A stretch of 64,000 nt of DNA from Longimicrobiales bacterium. Lineage in GTDB: Bacteria > Gemmatimonadota > Gemmatimonadetes > Longimicrobiales > Gaopeijiaceae. The stretch is taken from NCBI GenBank assembly GCA_965226375.1, contig CBDDCX010000006.1, positions 544,001 through 608,000 of the forward strand, given 5' to 3'. This document shows positions 49,341-59,000 of the stretch, in pieces. The first letter of the stretch is position 1. Every line of letters starts with the position of its first letter. The translations under genes and the position numbers were made by a program. The notes below the pieces were generated by a model that had not been told where the DNA came from, did not search any database, and was given only the letters and a program-made list of their open reading frames with translations.

Positions 49341-50315
49341 TTGACCGATACGACAACCATCACCGACGTGCTACCGACCGTAGAGCTGCTCGAGCGTCTG
49401 ATCAGCGAGGTCGAGAAGGTCTTTCATGGCAAGGAAGAGGTCGTCCGTCTCGCCGTGTCGGCCCTGCTGGCGCGAGGCCACATCCTCTTCGAGGACGTCC
49501 CGGGGGTCGGCAAGACGACGCTAGCCCATGCACTCGCCACGGCGCTCGGTCTCTCCTTTCGCCGTATCCAGTTCACGAGCGATCTTCTGCCTTCGGATGT
49601 GTTGGGTGTCTCGATCTACAATCCGCGCACTTCGGAATTCGAGACGAGACCTGGACCCATCTTTATCAATCTGGTTCTGGCGGACGAGATCAACCGGGCA
49701 CCACCCCGTACCCAGAGTGGCCTCCTTCAGGCCATGGAAGAGGGCCAGGTGAGCTTGGACGACAAGACTCACGAGCTTCCGCTGCCCTTCATGGTGATGG
49801 CCACGCAGAACCCCCTCGAGCATCACGGTACCTATCCGCTCCCCGAGAGCCAGGTCGATCGCTTTCTCATGCGCATCACCATCGGCTACCCGGGAGAGGC
49901 CGCAGAGCGTCGCATTCTCGAAGAATCTGCCGACGAGGGAAGTTGGGAAACCCGCATCAAATCGGTCCTCACACCCGCACAGGTGCTCACGCTCCAGAAC
50001 CAGGTTTCGGATGTTCGGACCGACGAGTCCCTCATGAGCTACCTGATGGAGATCGTTCGTCGCACCCGTGTTGAACCGCGTCTTCGCATGGGCGTCAGCC
50101 CACGAGGGGCAATCGGCCTCTACAGGGCGGCGAGGGCCTACGCGCTGCTCAGTGGCCGGGATTTCCTGGTGCCGAGTGACATCCAACACCTCGCGGGGCC
50201 TTGTCTGGCCCATCGGATCCTTCCCATCGGGGCGGCGGCGGCCACTCACGAAGCTCACGAAGAAGCCGGCGCGATCGTGGACGAGATCCTCGAGGACGTA
50301 GCGGTCCCGGTGTAG
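49341..50315 (+). CDS. moxR: MoxR-family AAA+ ATPase
   Basis: EDVPGVGKT, RIQFTSDLLPSD, LADEINRA, ATQNP, YPLPESQ.DRF, GVSPRG. Confidence 0.95.
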   Translation: MTDTTTITDVLPTVELLERLISEVEKVFHGKEEVVRLAVSALLARGHILFEDVPGVGKTTLAHALATALGLSFRRIQFTSDLLPSDVLGVSIYNPRTSEFETRPGPIFINLVLADEINRAPPRTQSGLLQAMEEGQVSLDDKTHELPLPFMVMATQNPLEHHGTYPLPESQVDRFLMRITIGYPGEAAERRILEESADEGSWETRIKSVLTPAQVLTLQNQVSDVRTDESLMSYLMEIVRRTRVEPRLRMGVSPRGAIGLYRAARAYALLSGRDFLVPSDIQHLAGPCLAHRILPIGAAAATHEAHEEAGAIVDEILEDVAVPV

Positions 50316-50334
50316 CCCGGCCGAGCCCCGACGG

Positions 50335-51468
50335 ATGAACTTACTCGAGGCTGTGGCCGCCGCTCCCACGATCTTGCGGGACACCTGGCGGCGACTGCGC
50401 TCGTGGCGTCGAATCCGCTTCACTACCGGTGGGGCGGTCTTCACGGCTGGAGCCTTTGCCATCGGCTTTGCGGCGGTCAACACCGGTAACAACCTGCTCT
50501 TCCTTCTCCTCGGAGCCATGCTGGGCTTCATCGCTCTGTCGGGCTGGGTCTCGGAGCAAACGCTCCGCGGCCTGGAGTTGACGAGACGGACGCCGCAGGG
50601 GGTCACGGTAGGGAAGACGATTCGCATCACGTACCACGTGACGAATCGCAAACGCCGGTTCCCCACTCTCGCGGTGTTTCTTCTCGAAGATGGGTTGGCC
50701 GGAGCCGCGTTCATCGGCCGGCTCAACGCCCACGAATCGGTCACCGTCCGGTCCGAGAACCACTTTATCAAGAGAGGGGTCTACCCACTCCACGCGCTGA
50801 CACTTTCCACCGCATTCCCGTTCGGACTCTTCACGAAGGAACGTGACGTTCCGCTGCCCGGCGAATTGGTGATATGGCCCAGGGCGGATCGCCCTGTATC
50901 CCTACCCGCACCCCCGGGAGGGAAAAGCATGCCTCGATATTCAGACGCGAGCGGCATAACGCTCGGCGCCCGTGGGGAGTTTCGGGGCCTGCGGGAGTAC
51001 CGGGCCGGGGACGACCCGCGTGATATCCATTGGCGGTCCACAGCGCGGACGGGCGAGCCGGTGGTGAAGGAGTACGATCAGGACTCGGCTGAGACCGTCT
51101 GGATTTGCCTCGACACCCGCGATGAACCGGGTGACCGTGCAGAAGGGGCGGTGGAGACGGCCGCATCACTGGCGGCTCGTGCCTTCCAGGACGGAAGGCG
51201 ATTCGCCCTGGCCACACCGTCCGGCCACGTGGGACCCGGTACGGGCTCAGGGCAACTCGAGCGTGTACTCGATGTGCTCGCCCGAGTGGATTTTCATCAG
51301 TCCGGCCCCCGACTGTCTCCCCCCACCGATCCCGCTAGTTGTGTTCTCGTGTCCATTTCGGGATCGGGACGCGCCTCATACGGTGCATACGTGCCTTCCG
51401 GCACGTGGTCAGACGATGCCCCGGAGCCGAATGCGGAGCCCACCGGGCGCGGGGTGCGTGCCGGATGA
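50335..51468 (+). CDS. DUF58 domain protein
   Basis: N-terminal TM pair, FPFGLF, EFRGLREYRAGDDPRDIHWRSTAR. Confidence 0.9.
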   Translation: MNLLEAVAAAPTILRDTWRRLRSWRRIRFTTGGAVFTAGAFAIGFAAVNTGNNLLFLLLGAMLGFIALSGWVSEQTLRGLELTRRTPQGVTVGKTIRITYHVTNRKRRFPTLAVFLLEDGLAGAAFIGRLNAHESVTVRSENHFIKRGVYPLHALTLSTAFPFGLFTKERDVPLPGELVIWPRADRPVSLPAPPGGKSMPRYSDASGITLGARGEFRGLREYRAGDDPRDIHWRSTARTGEPVVKEYDQDSAETVWICLDTRDEPGDRAEGAVETAASLAARAFQDGRRFALATPSGHVGPGTGSGQLERVLDVLARVDFHQSGPRLSPPTDPASCVLVSISGSGRASYGAYVPSGTWSDDAPEPNAEPTGRGVRAG

Positions 51469-53510
51469 GACTGGAGCTACTTCACAGACGGCTGGTGGTC
51501 GGGATGGGCCTCTTGGCCCTCGTGGCGTTCGCCGGTGGCGCCGGCTTCGAACCCACCAGTGCGATACTTGCGGGCGTTGCTCTTGTGCTCGCTTTGGTCT
51601 GGCAGCCCGACGACGACCTCTCCCTTCGGCTCGAACAGTTCTGGCTGCCGCTGGCGGCGATCTTGGTACTCCGATCCCTCTACCACGTCTTCCTCATCGG
51701 CGACGACGTAGTGATCCCGGTCGTGGACCTTCTCCTGCTCCTGCTCAGCGCCGAGGCCCTGAGATCTCTGGATGCTCCGAATGACGCGCGCTTGTACGCA
51801 CTCACCTTTGCGCTCCTCCTGGCGTCAACCGCGTACCGCCCCGGAATACTCTTCGCCCTGGCCTTCGTCGGCTACGTCACACTCGCCACCGTGGCTTTGA
51901 TGGTCGGGCACCTCCACCGGAAGGCTCCCACCAGGGGAGGGCGAGAGATTACGCTCGACAGGAAGTTCCTCGTGAGCATGGCGAGTCTGTCGGGGATCAC
52001 GCTCATGATGAGCGGGATCGTCTTCGTCGCTTTTCCCCGGTTCTCGAGAGGATGGGCGTCTCGGGGAGAGGTCCTGGCCACGTCCATCGCCGGCTTCGCC
52101 GACGAGGTGTCCATCGGAAGCCACGGCTCGCGGATATTCCCGAATCCCGAGATCGTGTTGCGAGTGGAGTTCCCAGACGGGCAGCCTGCAGACATGGGAG
52201 GACTCCACTGGAGGGGGCGTTCCTACGACCGCTTCGACGGGGTCCGCTGGAGTCGATCCCCTTCACTTCCTCCGTCCCTCGGCACGGCGCGCTGGTACGA
52301 AGCGTGGAATCCGGACCGGATACGCCAAAAAATCTACGCGGCACCGTTGGACGTGCGTGTCCTCTTCGCACTCCATCCCCTCGTGGGAGTGCGCTCCGAT
52401 AATCCTCGCATCCAGCCCCTCTTCGACAACGCCGGAGATCACGTCTACTGGGGATCCGGCAACCCGTCCTACGAAGCCGTGTCGGTGGCGGGCCGCCCAC
52501 AGCCCGAGGGCTTACGCGCCGCGAGATCGGGCTTTGCCCCAGCCCGGAACCACTTCACCCAACTTCCTCGGCTTTCTCAACGAACCCGGGATCTCGCCCG
52601 GTCTCTGACCCAGGGCCTCGACAACAACTACGACCGTACCGTCGCCATCGAGGCGTTCTTCCACAGCGAGTTCGGTTATACACTCGACCTGCCCCGCTCC
52701 GCGCGAGAGGCAACGCTCGAGTACTTCCTGTTCGATCGGCAGGAGGGTCACTGTGAGTACTTCTCGACCGCCATGGTCGTGTTGTTGCGCACCATGGGAA
52801 TCCATGCCAGGGAGGTAAATGGTTTCCTCGGTGGCCAGTGGAACGAGTTCGGGCAGTACCTGGCCGTGACCCAGAACGAGGCCCACTCGTGGGTGGAGGT
52901 GTGGTTTCCCCGCTACGGATGGGTGCCCTTCGACCCGACCCCCGCAGGCGCCGGGACGTCGGAGGCCCTCACCTCCTGGCTGTGGCCCGGCCGGTTCCTC
53001 TTGGACGGGCTCCAGCACCGTTGGAACAAGTGGATTCTCGACTACGATCAGGAGTCCCAGTCGGGCCTGATGCGGCGTGCCTCGGAGATGTTCCGTCGCG
53101 ATGGGCGGACCGAGCAGGCCGTCGACCAGCCCTCTTCGAGGGACCCCGCCGCCATGTTCTGGGGGACCCTCATGGTCCTGGCGCTCGGGCTGAGCGTCTA
53201 CTTGACCAACCGTGGCTCGTCGGGCGGACCGGAGACGCGACTCTATGTGAGGTTGCGTGACAGCTGTCGCGGAGCCGGCCTCGTGCCGCACGATGGCATC
53301 GCACCTCTCGCCCTGGTCGATGAGCTCGCTCGCCTGAAACATCCCGCGTATCGCCCGGCCCAGAGCCTAGTCACCAAATACCTGCGCTCACGATTCGGCG
53401 GCCACACCCTCGACGATTCCGCCCGGGACGAGATGAGAAGCGCCTTGGCGGCAGTACGGCGATCCCTCCGGAGTCGGTCCGGGTCGGCGCCTCCTTCAAC
53501 TCTCTCGTAG
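51465..53510 (+). CDS. DUF3488/TgpA-type membrane transglutaminase-like protein
   Basis: N-terminal TM helices and the triad motifs GHCEYFSTA, HSWVEV, FDPTP. ATG overlaps the DUF58 stop (ATGA). Confidence 0.9.
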   Translation: MRLELLHRRLVVGMGLLALVAFAGGAGFEPTSAILAGVALVLALVWQPDDDLSLRLEQFWLPLAAILVLRSLYHVFLIGDDVVIPVVDLLLLLLSAEALRSLDAPNDARLYALTFALLLASTAYRPGILFALAFVGYVTLATVALMVGHLHRKAPTRGGREITLDRKFLVSMASLSGITLMMSGIVFVAFPRFSRGWASRGEVLATSIAGFADEVSIGSHGSRIFPNPEIVLRVEFPDGQPADMGGLHWRGRSYDRFDGVRWSRSPSLPPSLGTARWYEAWNPDRIRQKIYAAPLDVRVLFALHPLVGVRSDNPRIQPLFDNAGDHVYWGSGNPSYEAVSVAGRPQPEGLRAARSGFAPARNHFTQLPRLSQRTRDLARSLTQGLDNNYDRTVAIEAFFHSEFGYTLDLPRSAREATLEYFLFDRQEGHCEYFSTAMVVLLRTMGIHAREVNGFLGGQWNEFGQYLAVTQNEAHSWVEVWFPRYGWVPFDPTPAGAGTSEALTSWLWPGRFLLDGLQHRWNKWILDYDQESQSGLMRRASEMFRRDGRTEQAVDQPSSRDPAAMFWGTLMVLALGLSVYLTNRGSSGGPETRLYVRLRDSCRGAGLVPHDGIAPLALVDELARLKHPAYRPAQSLVTKYLRSRFGGHTLDDSARDEMRSALAAVRRSLRSRSGSAPPSTLS

Positions 53511-53542
53511 CGATCCGCCAAGGGCGATGCTAATTTCGTCTC

Positions 53543-53848
53543 ATGACGACCCCGACCGACCCCCCGAGGCCGCCACCCCCATCCAACAGACAGCACCTGG
53601 CGACTATCAGCCATAATGGCCGCTTTTGGGAGGTGTACCTGGAGTTCAGTGACGACCCCCGGCGGCCCTCGAGCTACCGTGGCCTTCTCTGCTTCTCCCC
53701 GGCCGACAACAAAGGTGAAGAACCCGCCCTCCGGACGACCGCGATCATCATCGAGGAGTCCTACGAAGAGGCCGTCCGAAAGGCCCGGGCGTTCGAGGAG
53801 CACCAGCTCCAGGGGCTCCTGCGGTCCGTGCTCCCCGAGGAGGAGTGA
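53543..53848 (+). CDS. Small hypothetical protein
   Basis: 101-aa ORF filling the gap between genes with plausible composition. No family recognised. Confidence 0.65.
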   Translation: MTTPTDPPRPPPPSNRQHLATISHNGRFWEVYLEFSDDPRRPSSYRGLLCFSPADNKGEEPALRTTAIIIEESYEEAVRKARAFEEHQLQGLLRSVLPEEE

Positions 53849-53876
53849 CCCGGGCGTAACCCAGCGCTGTCGCCTA

Positions 53877-55133
53877 TCAGGAGGACTCGCGGACCCAACG
53901 CATGAGTTCGGGTAGGGTCGGCCTTTTCCCCTGCATGAGGATTCCCACCCGGTAGATACGGCCCGCAACCCACGCCACGGCCGGCACGGTCAGAGCCACA
54001 AGCACCAGGGATAGTCCGACCTGCCAGAGAGGCGCCCCGCCGATGAAGCGAGGGAACATGAGGACCGGTGTAAAGAACGGTACGAACGAAAGCCAAGTGG
54101 CCAGGGGCCCGTTCGGATTTTCCATGACGGGCACCAGAAACATGATGGGTACGACCAAGAGCATGGTCACCGGTATTTGCAACTGCTGGGCCTCTTCCTC
54201 GCTCGAGCACATGGCCGCCACCGCGGCGTAGAGGCTCGAGAAGAGGAAGTAGCCAAGGACGAAGAACGCGATGAAAAGAGCGATGCCTCCCCCTACCGGA
54301 AGTAGGTCGATGAGGGTCTTGACCTCCAGAAGCTCCGGTCGGGCAGCCACGACGTAGGGGAGTCCGAACGTCAAGAGCAGAACGAGGCTCAAAGCCCATA
54401 TGGCCAACTGTGTCAGCCCCACGGCTCCCACCCCGAGGATCTTCCCGAGCATGAGTTGCCACGGCTTTACGGTCGAGATGATGATTTCGACGATCCGGGT
54501 CGTCTTCTCCTCCAGGACGGCCCTCATGACCTGGACGCCATAGAGGAGGATCACCATGTAGAGCATGATGGCGCCCACAAAGCCTGCCAGCATGCCGGCC
54601 TCCCGTTGGCCGTCCTCGAGTCCACCCTCGTCGAGACTCACGTAATCGATGTTGCCACCCGAGAGGAGCGCCTCGAGGCCCCCGGCGTCCGACACGGTAG
54701 GCCCGAGCCGTTGCCGAAGAACAGACTGGACCACCGCCCGCTGAATTCTCATCCTACGGACCGTGCCGGGAGTTGCGTTCCCCCGGAATACGGCGCTGCC
54801 CGCAGACAACGTCTCGTCGGTCAGCAGCAAGAAACCAGCGATCTCCCCGGCCGCGATCCGCTGGTCCAGAGCCTGGACCACATCACCGGTGTAGACGACC
54901 CGTTCAACCTCGAAGGAAGTTCCGAGGTCGGCCACGACATCGTCGTAGAGAACTTCGGTCCGATCGACGATGACGATGACCCGCTCCCGGGCCTCGTTCC
55001 GGGCCTGCATGACAATCGGGATGGCCATGATGGCGATCATGAACACGGGCAGACCGATCGTGCTGAGAATGAACCACTTGTTCCTGACCCTCTGGAGGTA
55101 CTCGCGTCGCACCACGGCGATGACGGTCCTCAT
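53877..55133 (-). CDS. ABC-2 type exporter permease (NatB-like)
   Basis: RREY..RVR, EEKTTRIVEIIISTV...GKILG, FVPFFTP. Confidence 0.9.
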   Translation of the reverse strand: MRTVIAVVRREYLQRVRNKWFILSTIGLPVFMIAIMAIPIVMQARNEARERVIVIVDRTEVLYDDVVADLGTSFEVERVVYTGDVVQALDQRIAAGEIAGFLLLTDETLSAGSAVFRGNATPGTVRRMRIQRAVVQSVLRQRLGPTVSDAGGLEALLSGGNIDYVSLDEGGLEDGQREAGMLAGFVGAIMLYMVILLYGVQVMRAVLEEKTTRIVEIIISTVKPWQLMLGKILGVGAVGLTQLAIWALSLVLLLTFGLPYVVAARPELLEVKTLIDLLPVGGGIALFIAFFVLGYFLFSSLYAAVAAMCSSEEEAQQLQIPVTMLLVVPIMFLVPVMENPNGPLATWLSFVPFFTPVLMFPRFIGGAPLWQVGLSLVLVALTVPAVAWVAGRIYRVGILMQGKRPTLPELMRWVRESS

Positions 55134-56101
55134 GCGACACCTCCCACCTGTCGAAAGTCCGTGGGCACACCAGCGTCACCGGCAGCGTCGGCGCCCGCAT
55201 GGCGAACAAAGATCTCGTGTAGACTAGGCTCGACGAGCTCGAACCGGTTGATGGTGACGCCCGCATCGACACCGCGGCGAAGAACAGCCTGTGCGTCACC
55301 TCCCTCGACAAGAAGAAGCCGGACTCCTGCGTCCGTAGTCTCCACCATGTCCACCTCCGGCCCTCTCAGCCACCCGTCATCCCCGTCGAAATCCACTGCC
55401 ACCGCTCCGCTCCGCTCTGCACGCTTCAACTCCTTCAGTTCACCGTCTAAGACTTTTTCTGCCTTGGAGATGAGACAGACACGCTCGCACAACCTCTCGG
55501 CCTGCCCCATGAGGTGGGTCGAAAAGAGGATGGTGGTTCCCATCTCGTGGAACTCCCGCACGATGTCCTCCAGTACGTCCTGGTTGATCGGGTCGAGGCC
55601 GCTGAACGGCTCATCGAGGATCAATAGGTCGGGCTCGTGAAGCACCGTTCCGATGAACTGGACCTTTTGTTGCATCCCTTTTGAGAGGTCCTCGATCTTC
55701 TTCTCTGCCCACCCTTCCAGACCCAGTCGCTCCAGCCACACGTTGGAGCGCTCCCTGGCGGTGCGACGAGCCATTCCACGAATCTCCCCGAGAAACTCGA
55801 GCTGCTCGATGACCTTCATCTTCTTGTAAACGCCGCGCTCCTCAGGCAAGTAGCCCACTCGCTGGCGCAGCGGCCCGTCGGACTTGCCCCCGAGCAGGGT
55901 CACAGCTCCTTCGTCCGGGAGCAGAATCCCCATCATCATGCGGATGGTGGTCGTCTTTCCAGAGCCGTTCGGTCCGAGAAGCCCGTAAATCGTACCCCGC
56001 GGAATTTCAAGGCTGAGCCGAGAGATGGCAGTGTGGCTACCGAAGCGTTTGCTGACGCCCTCCAGCACGACCGCGGGACCAGAGCCGTTCGAGGTGTTCA
56101 G
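55130..56101 (-). CDS. ABC exporter ATP-binding protein (NatA-like)
   Basis: GPNGSGKTT, GYLPEERG, LSKGMQQK, LDEPFSGLDP. Start is either CTG 56101 (AGGAGG RBS) or GTG 56068. Confidence 0.92.
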   Translation of the reverse strand: MNTSNGSGPAVVLEGVSKRFGSHTAISRLSLEIPRGTIYGLLGPNGSGKTTTIRMMMGILLPDEGAVTLLGGKSDGPLRQRVGYLPEERGVYKKMKVIEQLEFLGEIRGMARRTARERSNVWLERLGLEGWAEKKIEDLSKGMQQKVQFIGTVLHEPDLLILDEPFSGLDPINQDVLEDIVREFHEMGTTILFSTHLMGQAERLCERVCLISKAEKVLDGELKELKRAERSGAVAVDFDGDDGWLRGPEVDMVETTDAGVRLLLVEGGDAQAVLRRGVDAGVTINRFELVEPSLHEIFVRHAGADAAGDAGVPTDFRQVGGVA

Positions 56102-56281
56102 GGATTCCTCCTGGTGACTATGTACTCATGTGCACGCTACCGGATGCGAGCGTTTCCTCTCCCCATACGCGCGGACGACCGGACATCTTCAACACCTTGA
56201 GGCTGATTGGGAAGCCCCGGTTGCCGCCACCCCCAAACTCTATAGATTTCGCCTGCTACTGACTAATCAAGAGGAGGCCGG

Positions 56282-56473
56282 ATGGCCATCTATCGTACGC
56301 TCTTTTACGCGGACGTGACCATCGGAGTCGGAGGACGGGTCACAATTCCTCAGGACCTGCGGGAAACCCTGAGGCTAACCGCAGGAGATGCCTTGACCGT
56401 TCGTGTGGAAGAGACTTCGGACGGACGGCGGCAGATGGTGATGTGGCACGCGGAAGAGCAGCCCGAAGAGTAG
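56282..56473 (+). CDS. AbrB/MazE/SpoVT-family DNA-binding protein
   Basis: GRVTIPQDLRETLRLTAGD swapped-hairpin motif; GAGGAGG RBS. Confidence 0.85.
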   Translation: MAIYRTLFYADVTIGVGGRVTIPQDLRETLRLTAGDALTVRVEETSDGRRQMVMWHAEEQPEE

Positions 56474-56493
56474 GTTTCACCCCCTCCCCGTTC

Positions 56494-57894
56494 TCAACCG
56501 TCTTCTAGATCGATCCACCGAATCAACCCGTCGAAGACGGACGCCCCGTCATGATGCCACCAGGGCGGGGGCCACGGCGCAGTCTCGAACGACGTGACCC
56601 TGGTTACACCGACTCGACCCAAGGCCATCGCCAGCTCTGCTCGCCGATCCCCGGCCCCCGTGAGCGCTACTGTCTGCAGGTAGCGTCGCAGCTCGTAGAG
56701 CAACTCGGGAACCTCGGCCAAGTCCGACACCGGCTTCACGTGGATCACCCGATTCTGACACGAGAGGGTGAAAGCCGGGCTGACCTGGTAGATCACAGTC
56801 CAGGCTCCGCTGTCTCCTCGGTGGACCCGCGAGCCGTTCCCCGAAGCCTCCTCGAGCTCGGCCGCCCCACGCAGTTGGTGGAGAGATGATGCCTCGTCGG
56901 GCGTCAGGCGCCCCCCAGGAAGTGCACTCTCCACCTCGGCCATCAGCTCGGCGAGGACGCCGGACCAGACCATGGGGTCGGTGACTCCTCCGCGCTCCAC
57001 ATACAGCACGTGAGGTGACACACATCCTCTCTGGTCGAACATGGACACGGCCATAGCAGCGTCCGCGGCCGTCCGCCGCGCCTCTTCAAGGCTCAGCGCA
57101 TCCCGCCCGACCAGGCCGACGCTGACCCTGTGGTGGTAGGCCACGAAACGGGACGTGATCGGCGTGCGAGCCCTCAGCGCCGCCACCGACTCGCTGCTGC
57201 CGTAGGCCACGACCACCTCGGCACTCTCCAGCGCTAGCGCCTCCGCCGGGCCATCTCCCCCCGGCCAGTAGGCCACGGCCAGTCCTGCGGCCAGCTCCGG
57301 GTCCTCCTCAGCCAGCGCTCGCGCGAACAGAACAGGGAGCGCCAGGTCACCCTTGCCGGGCTTCAAGAGCACCGCCGACTTGACCAGGAGTGCACGAATC
57401 AGAGAAGAGACACTCACCCCCGGCACGGTCCCGGCACCCACATGAAAGCTCAGGGCGGGTCCGGAAGCGTGGACCGTGCGGCCCGAATCGAGCCGCTGGA
57501 AGTCGTCGAGAACCTCGGGTACTCCCAACTCCCTTTCCAATAGCTCGGTCAGACGGCCGGCGGTCCAATCGCGAGCCATGCCGGTCAGGACCACACCCGC
57601 CATTTCCACCGAGATACCCGCAGTCGGGACGAGCCACTCCAGCGCCTCGAGCCGTATCGGGTCCTCCAGATCGAGGAACCGCTCGGCGCTCCGCCCGAGG
57701 CTCCGAACCACCTCGCTCACCGGCCGCTCACTCAGTGATCTCCCCGAGGCTCGAAGCCCTTCCAAGAGGCGACTCCAGTCGGCCAGTGCCAACTGCGGAT
57801 AACCCACCTCGATCCCTGGCTCCACCCCGAAACTCTCCCACCTGGCGTCGAAGGAGAATCCGGCGGGAAACGCAAACGCGTCCAGCGTCCTCAT
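56494..57894 (-). CDS. Acyl-CoA/acyl-protein reductase, LuxC-like
   Basis: FHVGAGTVP, ALLVKS...K, YWPGG, AYGS, and the catalytic-Cys motif FDQRGCVSPH, ending in WHHDG. Confidence 0.85.
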   Translation of the reverse strand: MRTLDAFAFPAGFSFDARWESFGVEPGIEVGYPQLALADWSRLLEGLRASGRSLSERPVSEVVRSLGRSAERFLDLEDPIRLEALEWLVPTAGISVEMAGVVLTGMARDWTAGRLTELLERELGVPEVLDDFQRLDSGRTVHASGPALSFHVGAGTVPGVSVSSLIRALLVKSAVLLKPGKGDLALPVLFARALAEEDPELAAGLAVAYWPGGDGPAEALALESAEVVVAYGSSESVAALRARTPITSRFVAYHHRVSVGLVGRDALSLEEARRTAADAAMAVSMFDQRGCVSPHVLYVERGGVTDPMVWSGVLAELMAEVESALPGGRLTPDEASSLHQLRGAAELEEASGNGSRVHRGDSGAWTVIYQVSPAFTLSCQNRVIHVKPVSDLAEVPELLYELRRYLQTVALTGAGDRRAELAMALGRVGVTRVTSFETAPWPPPWWHHDGASVFDGLIRWIDLEDG

Positions 57895-57896
57895 CG

Positions 57897-59000
57897 CTAG
57901 CGTGCCCCCGCGAGAAGCTCGTCCATGGCCAGGGAGCAGCCCCGCGGCTCAGCGCCCTCCACCCTCCCCAGAACACGGAGTCCGCCCTCCGCATCCATGA
58001 TACCCATATCCTCCGTCAGAACCGCCATGACGGATCCGGCGTTGGCCAGATCGTAGTGACACAGCAGTCCTTCCTCACCGCAGGCGAGGGGCTCGAGGGT
58101 CACTGGATGCAACACCCTCGTGCGCATCCACGGCGGAGGGACGTGCACACGATCGTCAAGCGACCCCGCCTCACCGGACAGTACGGGCTCATAGAACTGA
58201 GACAGCAACTCCGTCATTCCGTATTCGTTCACGATCCGTTCGACCGGCACCTCGTGAGCGGTCGAGAGCGCCCCATAAAGCTCCGGTCGAGACAGGGTTC
58301 GGGAGCGTCCCTTGAAACCGCCCGTCTCGAGCAGTCGAGAGCCGACGGGCAGTCGTAAGCGAAGATCTGCCTCGGCGAGGGCATCGAGCCAGTGCACGAA
58401 AGCGAAGGCCGTCCCGGCCAACAACACCGGCTGGTCCTCGGCCGCGGCTTCCTCGATCGCAGCGCGGAGGCCGGCGACATCCAAACCGCGCTCGGGCCGC
58501 ACGAAGAACCCCCCATCGCCCCCGGAAAGCACCGCCAACGCCTCACCCAGCATGAAACTCAGTGAGGAGTCCGGCGCCTCATCGGGCGACGGTACCAAGG
58601 CCAACAGGCGAAGGCGTGTACCGTACAAGCGAGCCTCGAGGTTCGGGATCAACGAAGCCCGATAGAGATCCAAGTCCAGCACGTGATGCGCCCCACGGCC
58701 GTGGGCGCCCCGTGTGGTGCCGCTGGTCCAAAAGACCCGCTCGACGCGCGAGCAGTCGCCGGAGATCAACGGAACGACCTTGAACGCCGACGTCGGGACT
58801 GGCGGAATCGACTGCCAGTCGGCCACGGTCGATGGAGTGACGCCCCGCTTGCGACAGTAGCTCGAATAGATCGGGTTGGCCTCGAGTTGATATTCGAAGA
58901 CGCGCAGGGCCAGCTCGCCGAACCGCTGTTCCGGCCAGGGCTCCCGGACACCGGCCCGAAAGGCCGCCTTCAGTTCACTCGAAAGGCTACTGAAGTCCAC
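57897..59000 (-). CDS. Acyl-protein synthetase, LuxE-like
   Basis: IPPVPTSAFK, TSGTT, ETGGFKG, EYGMTEL.SQ, TEDMG, and C-terminal GR..GAEPRGCS. Start placed at GTG 59000, overlapping the upstream stop. Confidence 0.85.
   Translation of the reverse strand: MDFSSLSSELKAAFRAGVREPWPEQRFGELALRVFEYQLEANPIYSSYCRKRGVTPSTVADWQSIPPVPTSAFKVVPLISGDCSRVERVFWTSGTTRGAHGRGAHHVLDLDLYRASLIPNLEARLYGTRLRLLALVPSPDEAPDSSLSFMLGEALAVLSGGDGGFFVRPERGLDVAGLRAAIEEAAAEDQPVLLAGTAFAFVHWLDALAEADLRLRLPVGSRLLETGGFKGRSRTLSRPELYGALSTAHEVPVERIVNEYGMTELLSQFYEPVLSGEAGSLDDRVHVPPPWMRTRVLHPVTLEPLACGEEGLLCHYDLANAGSVMAVLTEDMGIMDAEGGLRVLGRVEGAEPRGCSLAMDELLAGAR

Noticed and set aside
56282..56473. Type II toxin-antitoxin system
   Set aside because: No toxin ORF follows. 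The next gene is the convergent luxC-like gene.
56494..59000. Bioluminescence operon
   Set aside because: No luxA, luxB, luxD or luxG is present in the window. Only the reductase and synthetase homologues are.
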